Source: a virus
Length of the DNA: 64,000 nt
Virus record (IMG/VR): IMGVR_UViG_3300021961_000038
Span: 32,001 to 96,000 of that record
Strand: one strand, 5' to 3'
Shown: piece by piece, positions 30,601 to 38,281 of the stretch
Numbering within the stretch: position 1 is the first letter of the stretch
Layout: every line of letters begins with the position of its first letter
Notes under the pieces: model-generated
Told to the model about the DNA's origin: nothing
Database searches by the model: none
The model's input: the letters and a program-made list of their open reading frames with translations, nothing else
Translations under genes and position numbers: made by a program

Positions 30601-33600
30601 CGGTTCCGGAGCAAAAGTTCAAACTACTATTGATAGCAAGGGAAAGATTACCGGAGTTGAAATTCTAAAAACAGGAAAAAATTATACAACCGGCGAGTTG
30701 ACGGTTAGACCATTTAAAGTATTAGTAGATGTTGACGAAACAGCAAACAACTATTGGACAATGTACGAATGGAATTCGTCAACAGAATTGTGGACAAGAA
30801 CTAATACACAAACTTATGATTTATCACGTTTTTGGTCATATGCTGATTTTAAATTACCTACCTTTGATCTAGATACTATTATCAATTACAAAATTTCAGC
30901 ACCTTACCAGTTAGATACTATTGTTCCAACTGTTGGAGATTATGTAAGAATTGAAAACGCAGGCGACGGTAACATTATGATTCTACAACGTGTTGAATCA
31001 GGTGGAAGTTATAACAATGAGTATGAACTTGTTTATAAGCAAAATAGCACAATTAAGTTTAATGAAAACTTATATGACTATTCGTTACTAAATTTTGGGT
31101 TTGGTGGTTTAGAAAATTTTGATATTAACTTGTTTGATGAACAACCAATTACAGAAACTAGATTAATTTTAGATGTAATTCAAAACTATATTTTTGTTGA
31201 CGAGTTACGTCCTAAGTGGAATGATTTGTTCTTCATTGCAATCAAGTACGCAATGAGTGAACAGTTATTTGTTGACTGGGTATTTAAAACAAGTTTTGTT
31301 AATATTAAAAACAACATCGGCGGGTTTAGTAGAAAACTAAACTACAACTTAAACGATCCTGCATATATTGAAGAATATATCAAGGAAGTTAAACCGTACC
31401 GTTCGAGCATTAGAGAATTTATTACTTCATATGAAACGTTAGAACAAAGCAACATTGGTAACACAGACTTTGACTTACCAAGTTACTATAATAGTGAAAC
31501 TAAAAAGTTTGAAGTTTTAGATACTAACAGTGTTAAAATATCTGAGCAACCTTATGTTAATTGGTTCGACAACTATCAATATAGTGTTGGAGAAGTAAGA
31601 ATTAGTGACTCAGGCGAAGGGTATACACAAAATCCTTTGGTTGTAATAACTGGAGGTAGAGAAGTAAAACCAGATATCTTACAAACCAGTCCTTTCTTAA
31701 GTTTGGTTGATACAGATTATGATGCTACACATTTCTACATCAAGACCAGTAATATTCCTAATCATAATTTTGATTCGGAAAAACTTGAAAGACAAAATTA
31801 TATTTTTAAAATTGCTAGAACACCACAACAAGCAACTACTAAGGTTAGCACACAATTAGGTCCTATTGCTGTTGCAACTAACGGAGTTGTTATGTTTAAT
31901 CCTAAAGCACTTGAAAAAGAAAATAGAAATGGTGTTGCGTATCAAATTAATGCAGTTGCTAGTCATGTAGAACTTGGTATTGATGACGGGTCGGGTCATG
32001 CACAGGCAGAAGGTGTTTATCATTATCATTCAGATCCTAGATTAATGTATGAAAAAGATAAAACAACACATTCTCCTATTATCGGTTATGCTTTTGATGG
32101 ACATCCAATTTATGGTCCATATGCATATGAGAATGTTAGCGGACCTAGTCAAATTAAACTTATACAATCTAGTTACAGATTAAAAACAACACCACGTGCT
32201 GATGGCTCAATACCTAATGGACGTTACATTGAAGATTATGAATATGTTGCAGGTCTAGGTGATCTAGATGAACACAATGGTAGATATACCGTAACACCAG
32301 AGTATCCAAGTGGAACTTATGCTTACTTTGTTACTGTTGATCCTAATGATGTTGATAAAGCAGTATATCCGTATATCATTGGCCCTTCATACTATGGTGT
32401 TCCTTTAATACCAAATGGAAACTACGTATTACCAACAGGTGTACAAGAAGATGCACTTGCTCAAGCATTTATTTCTCGAGGAAAATTAAGAGAAATTAGA
32501 TTAACCAAAGAAGGTTCTGGATATACAACAGCACCAACAGTAAGTATTGTTGGCGGCGGTGGATCAGATGATGTTACCAGATTAGCAAAAGCAGTACCTA
32601 TTCTTAAAAATAAAAAGGTACGTATTAATACAGTCAAAATGAAGTTTGATAGATTGTCAAGCCAAAAAGTAATTCAAACTTTGAATGCAATTGATACATT
32701 TACAGCGTTACCTGGACAAGTTAAATTTAAATTAACGTATGTACCAACTTTAGATAAACGTAAATTTACAATTGATATCAATAACGAAACAGCATATATT
32801 GAAAGTTATAATATTAGTATTGCAACTAAAGAAAATGCTACCTACAAAGCACAAGAAGGATACATTATCTTTAACACACCTCCAGGCGATGGTGCAGTAG
32901 TAACAATCACATATCAAAAATCAATTGACCTAATGCAGGCAACTGATAGAATTGATTATTACTATTCTCCAACAGCAGGTATGCCGGGCAAAGATCCAGC
33001 ACAGTTAATGTCAGGGGTTGAGTATGATGGAGTACAAATTCAAGGTTTAGAATTTGGTGTAAGTGTGGGTTGGGATGGATTACCTTGGTTTAGTCATGGA
33101 TGGGATACATTCTCAGGATCAAATACAGATTATGCTTTTAGAGCCGACGGAAACACAAGTACATTTACGCTTCCTTATGTTCCTGCAAATCAAACAAATG
33201 TTAATATCTACTTTGACGGTGTAAGACAAGATCCAACTAACACTCCAACAATAGTTGGAGATGGAACCACAGACACATATACATTGTTGGTGACTCCAGC
33301 AGATGGTGTTCTAGTTGTGTTTAGACCAGATACTTCAGACGGAAGTTTAGCACCAACTGACGTTAACAATTTAGATACATTATTAAGCGGTGGTACTTTT
33401 GCTACTACTAACGGAGCATTTAATACAGCAGTTGGTCAGAACCCAGAAGATATTGAACTCGATGGTGATGGATTTGTAACACCAGATACAAGTCATGCTC
33501 CAGAAGAAGTCGTACCAGGACAAGTGTTTGATACATTTTCGATCAAGGTTTATAATTCACCTGCAGATGGTTCACCGATTATTAAAACTAATAGATACTA

Positions 33601-35593
33601 TGCATCAGGTACAACTAACGAATTTAATTTTGATCAATTACCAGGAACAGAAGCAAGTATTTTTGTAACTGTTGCAGGTATATATCTAAAAGATTCTGAA
33701 TATACCATTGATTGGGAAAATAAAAAAGTAACACTAGTAACTACACCACAGACAGATGATATGGTTACAGTACAAACTTTAAACATTTCTGGTAGCAAAA
33801 TATTAGAAAGAGAAACATTTACAGGTGATGGTTCAACAACAGAATTCTTGTTAACTGCGAAATATGAAGATGTACAAAGTGCTTTCGTTACAGTTAATGG
33901 CATAAGCAAAAATTATGTTTTAAGAAAAGCAAATAACGGATCAGTTATTGTTGACATTTCATATACAGCCGCTTCAGGTGATGCGATACAAATTATTGTG
34001 ATGACAACATCTGAAAAAACATACAGCGAAATTAAAAAAGAACAATTTACATATACTGGTACCACAGAATATACATTGAGTGAACAACCGGCAAATATTG
34101 CACCGTTGCATTCAATGGTCATTGTTGAAGTTACGGATCAGAATACAAATGTAACAAGAAGATTAAGAGCACCAGATACAGTTTACTATGTATCAAACGG
34201 TGTAACGTTGGATTATCTTGTAAGTCAAAATCCAGAGTATCCAACATTTACACTAGCACTTGGTGAATTGGAAGTTTATCTAAATGGTACTAAGTTAACT
34301 GCTATTGCAGATTATCAATTTGATACAACAACTAACTTGTTAACTTTCTATGATGGAAATTTACAAGCAGGTGATGTAATTGCAATTACAATTCTAAGAA
34401 ATCATCAATATGAAATTTCTTTGCAGAATTTAGCAGATAGCAGTAGAGCAAGTTATTTGAATTTAGATGTACCAACACCGTCTCCAATAAATGTAGGTGA
34501 CGTAATTAGTGTAACAACATTTACTAATCATGACACTAACTTAATTAGAAAAGAAGTGTTTGTAGGAAATGTTGGCGGAACATATACGCTTTCAAGAAAA
34601 GCAGTTGATACAAATTATGTTTGGGTAGAACTAGATGGTAAACCTTTAGTAGGAGATGTTGACTATAAAGTACTAGATGATAGACAAACATTCTATATAG
34701 ATGATAAATTTGAACAGTTACCAACAAGTAGAGTTGTTGCAATGACATTTAGTGAAGAAATATCTTATGATGCGGTTGGTTATCATGTGTTCAAAGATAT
34801 GATTAATAGGGTTCACTTCAAACGTATTAGTGAGCAAGACAGAACTAAACTTACGGCTGTGTTAAACAAAAATGACAAAGAAATTAAACTTGCCGATGCT
34901 AGTTTCTTACCAAAACCAAGCAAACAAAGAAAAATTCCAGGCGTGGTGTTTATTGATAGAGAACGTATTGAATACTACGAAAAAGATGGTAATACACTAA
35001 AACAAATTACCAGAGGTACATTAGGAACAGGTGTAAAAGACACATATCCTATTGGAACGTCAGTTGAAGATGCTTCAGTTAATCAAACATTACCATATAC
35101 TGATACAACAAACGTTTATGAAAGTATTATACGCCCAGGATTACCAAACGGTAGACAAATTCATGTGTTAGAAACTATTAACATTGCTTCTGGAGTACAA
35201 GCACATGATCAAGTTGAAGTGTACTTGGGTGGTAGAAAACTACAAAAACCAACTGCAACTGTTAATCCTATTAAAAAGCATGACATTGAGATTGCTTATG
35301 ATAGCGATGAAACTAACAGTTTAGGTGTTGCAAGTGATGTAGTACAAACTCCAGAATTTACCATTGAGCCAGTAGGAGATAGTACAGGTAAAGGGTATTA
35401 TAAATTAGTATTACGAGATGAACCTCAAGACGGTTTAGAACTAAAAGTAGTTCAAAAACAAGGAAGAATTTGGTACGAGCAAGGGGTAGGAACCGCGTCA
35501 AACGGTGCCACACTGCAAAGGGCAGAAACTAAAGAGGCTAAGTTCTTACTAGAGAGAACCTCTGGTTTACCTGTAATAAATATTAAGGAATAA
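21677..35593 (+). CDS. giant (4638 aa) multidomain baseplate/virion protein (gp7-like position) with cupredoxin-like, FG-GAP propeller and YHYH domains
   Basis: Follows gp6; LLP..FRT..NKKFL N-terminus, YI.EVKPY gp7-like motif, about 7 FG-GAP repeats (about 28000-29350), YHYH domain (about 31730-32400). Confidence 0.75.
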   Translation: MAYSEDNQTPISVENKDKHRNSADLLPLYFRTEANKKFLGATLDSLISKGNLERLNGYVGSRYSKNSKPSDVYIPEPTNNRRRYNFLPSVVIRDDFADKTEWVATYDDLINQINYFNGETTNHSRLTSSDYYVWNPLIDFDKFVNYRQYYWLPNGPSPVTVTGNSEGTTSTFQVTNSGNEAWVFTPNGFSKNPILTLYRGATYVFDVNAVGHPFYLKVSKQIGAVDQYNDGVQNNGTEVGVVTFTVPSSAPDTLYYVCGRHQSMQGFFEIKNAEEELTVNINTEILGKKEYTSANGVKFTNGLKVNFEGEVTPTTYKNRNFYVEGVGDKIKLIPEDQLRTPEIYSSNFDYEFDVEEYDDTPFDDVESYPTKQEYITINRSAQDKNPWSRYNRWVHKDVIEASATYNNTVIVLDENQRAKRPIIEFNPNIKLHNFASYGRDYIDLIDTRTTDVMSDVEGSIGYYVDEVILKKGMRIIFNADPDITVKGKIYEVDFVEFEGKSRVHLEEVYTPVVGDGVVVVDGEGNQGKSWFYNGTTWIQGQQKTSLNQAPKFDLFDKAGNSYSDETYYSGTTFKGNELVSYKVGSGSNDVILGFPISYQNVNNVGDIVFEFDWDDNTFNFTDNTTIKTVDTASGYVKIFSDATTSRYEGGWLKAKQKTRQGIIQLNDIEQATNTLQIVCIDNPHLYLNDMEITIEFNDKVYKPTTDFNLITNEVTNTVSLVFSSVTIPANTRTVLKVHTKQKPNANGFYEPPLNLTNNAENNDLTTFTLGSISDHFKTIFENNVNITGEAFGPNNSRDLTNIHVSGLRYVKHGGSLLNSIFSLVDYDTNLIKAIRKQAKDYNFFKEQFLVKGLELELSGNVSNDVDDILYAMSLDKKISSPYYYSDMAGFGKKVSIREYTKSAPTQQVFGLDSNFKISELSNRSIYVYVNDQQLYYGQDYEFDPVDNGVTILKKTAVGDKITIKDYDTVGNVIPQTPTKLGLYPKFKPEIYTDTSYVTPREMLKGHDGSITATYGDVRDDLLLEFEKRIYNNIKVSYNRDVFDINEYIPGAFRDTEYSLEEFTRIMRNDFGSWASLYQVDITTNNVTDVDNLFTINYNSTLDTINNELLPGYWKGIYNKFYGTWRPNIAPWECLGFSEKPDWWESEYGPAPYTSGNKKLWDDIQLGRIRYKTGEQINPVYARSKLSSIIPVNEYGDLLDPVRVGIVGELNNATLTRDFVFGDFHPAEISWRTSSWYPYALQIALALTKPAQYLGSLFDTSQNEIAPSGSLLYKSSGKILDLTDAKIHTLDYNNVKHFGLGYHVFVVEYLKSLDKPVSESYYTKISKTSMNLVYKLGGFAAKSRLRVLLESSNPDSKETSIFLPAENYELKFRTSNPVKSSKLSGIIVEKTERGYLVRGYDNLQPYFTVYDPIHQKDDPVINVGGTSAKYVLWTREKFYGIGQIVESGGRYYRCKEQHTSTNEFDPSKFTTLPNLPLTGGAEVQKPRRWKTKSKVVPYGTTYQKIQDVYDLILGYGKWLEDEGFIFDKYLSELLEIQNWEFSGKEFLFWTTQGWSSNSVIALAPFADGIKFSFSAGQVDNVLNSFYDYTILTASGSILPRDQFSTTRQDGAFTIRPRDTNNGIYFIQLNLVQKEHVIVFDDKSQFGDILYDQEAGYRAKRIKLLGFKTSEWNGDYYSPGFIYDEAQITDWLQFKDYYLGEVVRYKSVYYSAKKFIPGVDKFEINDWIYLGTKPIAELLPNLDYKASSFEDFYSLESENFDVNQTKFAQHLVGYQKRTYLDNLIQDETTQYKFYQGFIKEKGTKNSIEKIQRLRIEGVDTNIDIDEEWAFKVGSLGSNSTVKEIEFALDETLNVDNPQGYDFVSQRSTGTTSSNIIKLLSKDIAVKPSDYNNNPWPLYDRSVSENTIDYLQKLPVAGTPRLDDVTITLFNYDDIIGNAVVNSLKEGDTIWLAKNKRKDWDVLRLTGLRSRLTQTENKTPSIDGNGIVTLYTDLPHGLSQGSIISIKDFDPLIDNVYEVNSVLSSDTFTIRTDYDTLPLQSDSSTGSLLEFVSIRLANIDDLNDLKEVTEFAVGSKVFADSDSNGNWGVYEKSTAFVRNKFGCVNNIPDQSFGQTVISGDSGRLIVVGATQGGDEGNVYILRRKFNTDISTLEGVQGFALSANALDNLVDGRPKFGWSLALSQTDTHLVAGAPFASNFRSTSDSNKPKFFFGATGSAVQGSVKSGVIKVLKYNTLTNLYDTEYVLGSPDPQSNAEFGYSVAISDTRLLVGAPGQTGDQGNVFIFEKVNDDWRVATNYKLGFSNARSGDRFGEIIASSKDLSTIAVSASGYEVNEDSTYDISEGAVHIYTYNTSTSSYDLLQSLTASTLGLGITTGDQFGRAISLNDDGTVLVVGTPYSDIKTNNNGAVYYFKKSGNTFVLDQVILSPEKLLGERFGTNISLNSAGDSFVVYAEGGRNETETVFDQYITPNNPASGENDFPTTFDANTTKITDFTQATGTVYSYTKLGTKFVFGQKLVSYDISTNDGFGQGLDYSTNSVLIGAPQGNLDTGEQTGTLYVYQKEKTAGWNLLRQETEFTNPYKIKNVFTYDTTKSEVKDYLEVLDPAKGKIPFLAEAELSYKTNVDPAIYSVSDKNVNVNENKPWTDEHVGELWWDLDSVRYVYYEQGDTEFRTNNWGTLFPGSSIDIYEWIESDILPSEWNEIADTNEGIAIGFSGQARYDNNTLAVKRVYNSTTNSFQTRYYYWVKNSVIVPDENNKRRIPAIEVANIITNPIAYGIKSLQVLSKNSISLSNIKTTLADKNVSIAIYYSNVETDLPEHNEWLLLRNNQTAKIDHSLLIKKLYDSLVGFDDQGNAVPDPNLPAQRKYGLQIRPRQSMFKDRLQALKVVLTFVNQVMTGERIVDTKNISKLRQNDPQPTAISGKYDVKVDNFSDIELIGTQELIQGKLSPVFKNGRLSKVNIVTQGFGYKIAPEVVIVGDGSGAKVQTTIDSKGKITGVEILKTGKNYTTGELTVRPFKVLVDVDETANNYWTMYEWNSSTELWTRTNTQTYDLSRFWSYADFKLPTFDLDTIINYKISAPYQLDTIVPTVGDYVRIENAGDGNIMILQRVESGGSYNNEYELVYKQNSTIKFNENLYDYSLLNFGFGGLENFDINLFDEQPITETRLILDVIQNYIFVDELRPKWNDLFFIAIKYAMSEQLFVDWVFKTSFVNIKNNIGGFSRKLNYNLNDPAYIEEYIKEVKPYRSSIREFITSYETLEQSNIGNTDFDLPSYYNSETKKFEVLDTNSVKISEQPYVNWFDNYQYSVGEVRISDSGEGYTQNPLVVITGGREVKPDILQTSPFLSLVDTDYDATHFYIKTSNIPNHNFDSEKLERQNYIFKIARTPQQATTKVSTQLGPIAVATNGVVMFNPKALEKENRNGVAYQINAVASHVELGIDDGSGHAQAEGVYHYHSDPRLMYEKDKTTHSPIIGYAFDGHPIYGPYAYENVSGPSQIKLIQSSYRLKTTPRADGSIPNGRYIEDYEYVAGLGDLDEHNGRYTVTPEYPSGTYAYFVTVDPNDVDKAVYPYIIGPSYYGVPLIPNGNYVLPTGVQEDALAQAFISRGKLREIRLTKEGSGYTTAPTVSIVGGGGSDDVTRLAKAVPILKNKKVRINTVKMKFDRLSSQKVIQTLNAIDTFTALPGQVKFKLTYVPTLDKRKFTIDINNETAYIESYNISIATKENATYKAQEGYIIFNTPPGDGAVVTITYQKSIDLMQATDRIDYYYSPTAGMPGKDPAQLMSGVEYDGVQIQGLEFGVSVGWDGLPWFSHGWDTFSGSNTDYAFRADGNTSTFTLPYVPANQTNVNIYFDGVRQDPTNTPTIVGDGTTDTYTLLVTPADGVLVVFRPDTSDGSLAPTDVNNLDTLLSGGTFATTNGAFNTAVGQNPEDIELDGDGFVTPDTSHAPEEVVPGQVFDTFSIKVYNSPADGSPIIKTNRYYASGTTNEFNFDQLPGTEASIFVTVAGIYLKDSEYTIDWENKKVTLVTTPQTDDMVTVQTLNISGSKILERETFTGDGSTTEFLLTAKYEDVQSAFVTVNGISKNYVLRKANNGSVIVDISYTAASGDAIQIIVMTTSEKTYSEIKKEQFTYTGTTEYTLSEQPANIAPLHSMVIVEVTDQNTNVTRRLRAPDTVYYVSNGVTLDYLVSQNPEYPTFTLALGELEVYLNGTKLTAIADYQFDTTTNLLTFYDGNLQAGDVIAITILRNHQYEISLQNLADSSRASYLNLDVPTPSPINVGDVISVTTFTNHDTNLIRKEVFVGNVGGTYTLSRKAVDTNYVWVELDGKPLVGDVDYKVLDDRQTFYIDDKFEQLPTSRVVAMTFSEEISYDAVGYHVFKDMINRVHFKRISEQDRTKLTAVLNKNDKEIKLADASFLPKPSKQRKIPGVVFIDRERIEYYEKDGNTLKQITRGTLGTGVKDTYPIGTSVEDASVNQTLPYTDTTNVYESIIRPGLPNGRQIHVLETINIASGVQAHDQVEVYLGGRKLQKPTATVNPIKKHDIEIAYDSDETNSLGVASDVVQTPEFTIEPVGDSTGKGYYKLVLRDEPQDGLELKVVQKQGRIWYEQGVGTASNGATLQRAETKEAKFLLERTSGLPVINIKE

Positions 35594-35597
35594 CGAT

Positions 35598-36260
35598 ATG
35601 TCTAACAACGAAAACAGTAAGGATAATAAGGTGCAAACAGAAAGCAAAAAACCTAATGAAAACTCAGGAGTAATGATGGAGGGTCACATTAAGATATTTG
35701 ATCCAGAAACTAAAGAAGTTTTTATAGATAAGCGTAATGCTATCCATTATGAAAACATGAGTATTTCACTAGCAGAATCGCTAGGTAATGAAGGCAAAGG
35801 TAACATTGTAGAAATGGCCTTTGGTAATGGCGGTACTACTGTTGATCCTACAGGTATTATTACATATCTAACACCAAACAATGCTGGTGTTAATGCTTCC
35901 TTATACAATCAAACTTATTACAAAACTGTTGATGATAATAACACAAACAATACAGATCCTGCACGTAACTTTATTGAAACTAGACATACATTAGGTACAA
36001 CATATACAGATATTTTAATCAGTTGTTTGCTTGACTACGGTGAACCTACCGGACAACAAGCGTTTGACAACTCAACAGACATGGATGGTAATTATGTGTT
36101 TGATGAATTAGGACTTAAAGCCTATTCACCAAGCGGTGCTAATCAAGGAAGATTATTAACACACGTTATCTTCCACCCTGTACAAAAAAGTTTAAACAGA
36201 TTAATACAGATTGATTACACAATTAGAATTCAAAGTTTGACAAACATAAGTGAGATTTAA
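35598..36260 (+). CDS. virion structural protein (baseplate/fibre attachment)
   Basis: 220 aa within the structural operon; EMAFGNGG, FDELGL, HPVQKSLNR.I.I.YTIRI; AAGGA SD. Confidence 0.6.
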   Translation: MSNNENSKDNKVQTESKKPNENSGVMMEGHIKIFDPETKEVFIDKRNAIHYENMSISLAESLGNEGKGNIVEMAFGNGGTTVDPTGIITYLTPNNAGVNASLYNQTYYKTVDDNNTNNTDPARNFIETRHTLGTTYTDILISCLLDYGEPTGQQAFDNSTDMDGNYVFDELGLKAYSPSGANQGRLLTHVIFHPVQKSLNRLIQIDYTIRIQSLTNISEI

Positions 36261-36262
36261 GA

Positions 36263-38281
36263 ATGGCTTATACCGTTAATTTTTCTAACTCAGTACAAAA
36301 GACACCTATAGTTGTTGATGACAACAGTAGAAATACTTCTGATACATCATTAACACTAATTGGTCGTAATGAACCTAGTTACGGTCAGGCTATTGCTGAA
36401 AATTTTGTACGTGTTTTAGAAAATTTTGCAAACGACACACCACCTAACAACCCAATTGAAGGTCAGTTATGGTTTGATAGTGGTACGAACAGATTAAGAA
36501 TAAATGATTCAACAGCAGGTGCAAGTAATTGGAGACCAGCAGGCGGTGTTCATGTTGAAGCAGTTGAACCAAGCAATCCGTTAAAAGGAGATGTTTGGGT
36601 AGATACAACAAACAATCAACTTTATCTTTATACTGGTGCACAGTTTCAATTAGTTGGACCTAACTTTGCTGGAGGTTTACAATCAGGTGCACAAGCCGAA
36701 GAAGTTATTGACACCAAAGGTGTAACACACACTGTTATTAAAAATTATGTAGCAGACAAAGTTGTAACTATTATTTCAAAAGATCAATTTATTCCAAGAC
36801 AGGTAATTGAAGGTTTCTCAGAATTATATCCTGGAGTTAATATTTCTGCAACAGACTTTGACGGTAATGGTATAGTTCTTAACAAACTTCATGCAACAGC
36901 AACAAAGGCAGATGCGTTAAATGTAACACAACCTTCTATTGAAGTTGTAAATGCAAATAATTTTTTAAGAAGTGACATTACAGACACAACAAGCGGACAA
37001 TTATATATTAGAAATGACGGCGGATTAACTATTGGATCAAACCAATCAGGAACATTTGAGTATGCGGGTACTTCTAATTCTATTGTGTTGAAAAATAGTG
37101 ATATTGACGGAAACATTGATTTTAAAGTTTATCCAGACCTAGACAAAGTAGTTAAAACAGTTTTACGTATTGAAGGTAGAAATAAAAGAGTAGGTATTAA
37201 TAACTTATCGCCAACAGTTGATTTAGATGTTACAGGTGCAGGTCATTTTTCAGATTCATTGATTGTAAGTTCAACTACTAATGTTGATACAACTCTAGTA
37301 GCAGGTAACACAGGTGCTTTAAGAGTAGCAGGTGGTATGGGTGTTGGAGCAGGTTTACAAGTAGGTGGAAATGCTACCTTTGAAGGACATTTAGTTTTAG
37401 GTGAAATTGGTGGCGGTGGTGGTATTGCTATATTACCAAGAACAACTAATAACCTAACAATCGGGGGTGACCCAGGTGACGGTAATGGAATAAGAAGATT
37501 TTCAAATATCTATTCTGAAACATTTACAGGAAGACTTGTTGGTACAATGGTTGGTGATGTAAATGGTAATGTTAATGGTACAGCAGATAGATTAGTTGCA
37601 TCAACAGTATTTAAAATTGGCGGCCATGTTGCAGATTCAACAGGATTCAGTTTCGACGGACAAACAGGCGGATCAATAAAAACATTTAATGTGTCTTTAA
37701 CACAAGATGCTATTACAGATCAAGGTGAAGTTTCAAATACAGCAGTTGACGACTTTGTATTAGTTGCCAGAGATGGTGCTGGATTAAAGAAAATATCTTA
37801 TCAAAACTTCTTTACAGGTGCGGCAACTGTACCAATTGGTGCTATTATGCCTTACGCAGGTGCTACTGCACCAACAGGATATTTGTTATGTGATGGATCA
37901 GAAGTTCCTGTTGCTGTGTTTAACGATTTATATAATGTTATTGGTAACACATATGGTACAGGTATTAATCCTGCAACCTTTAAACTTCCAGACTTACGTG
38001 GTAGATTTGCACTAGGTAAGGATAATATGGACAATAACAGAACTGTTCAGGATACAAATAACTTACCTGTTGATGCAGGTGGCGGTGTTGCTGGACGAGT
38101 AACTGACACTAATGCACAATCACTTGCAGGTTCAGGCGGACGTGAGATTATTACTACTACAAGTTCAGCAGTTGGTACTGGATCACAATTACCTGGAGGT
38201 TCGGGTGCTGGTGCGTATACACAATTGAACGTAATGAATCCGTTCTTAACGGTAAATTACATTATAAGGGCGAATCCATAA
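36263..38281 (+). CDS. tail fibre protein 1 with C-terminal tail-collar domain
   Basis: Shared fibre N-terminal domain; VPIGAIMPYAG..AP.GYLLCDGS...F.LPDLRGRF and MNPFL.VNYII collar motifs. Confidence 0.85.
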   Translation: MAYTVNFSNSVQKTPIVVDDNSRNTSDTSLTLIGRNEPSYGQAIAENFVRVLENFANDTPPNNPIEGQLWFDSGTNRLRINDSTAGASNWRPAGGVHVEAVEPSNPLKGDVWVDTTNNQLYLYTGAQFQLVGPNFAGGLQSGAQAEEVIDTKGVTHTVIKNYVADKVVTIISKDQFIPRQVIEGFSELYPGVNISATDFDGNGIVLNKLHATATKADALNVTQPSIEVVNANNFLRSDITDTTSGQLYIRNDGGLTIGSNQSGTFEYAGTSNSIVLKNSDIDGNIDFKVYPDLDKVVKTVLRIEGRNKRVGINNLSPTVDLDVTGAGHFSDSLIVSSTTNVDTTLVAGNTGALRVAGGMGVGAGLQVGGNATFEGHLVLGEIGGGGGIAILPRTTNNLTIGGDPGDGNGIRRFSNIYSETFTGRLVGTMVGDVNGNVNGTADRLVASTVFKIGGHVADSTGFSFDGQTGGSIKTFNVSLTQDAITDQGEVSNTAVDDFVLVARDGAGLKKISYQNFFTGAATVPIGAIMPYAGATAPTGYLLCDGSEVPVAVFNDLYNVIGNTYGTGINPATFKLPDLRGRFALGKDNMDNNRTVQDTNNLPVDAGGGVAGRVTDTNAQSLAGSGGREIITTTSSAVGTGSQLPGGSGAGAYTQLNVMNPFLTVNYIIRANP

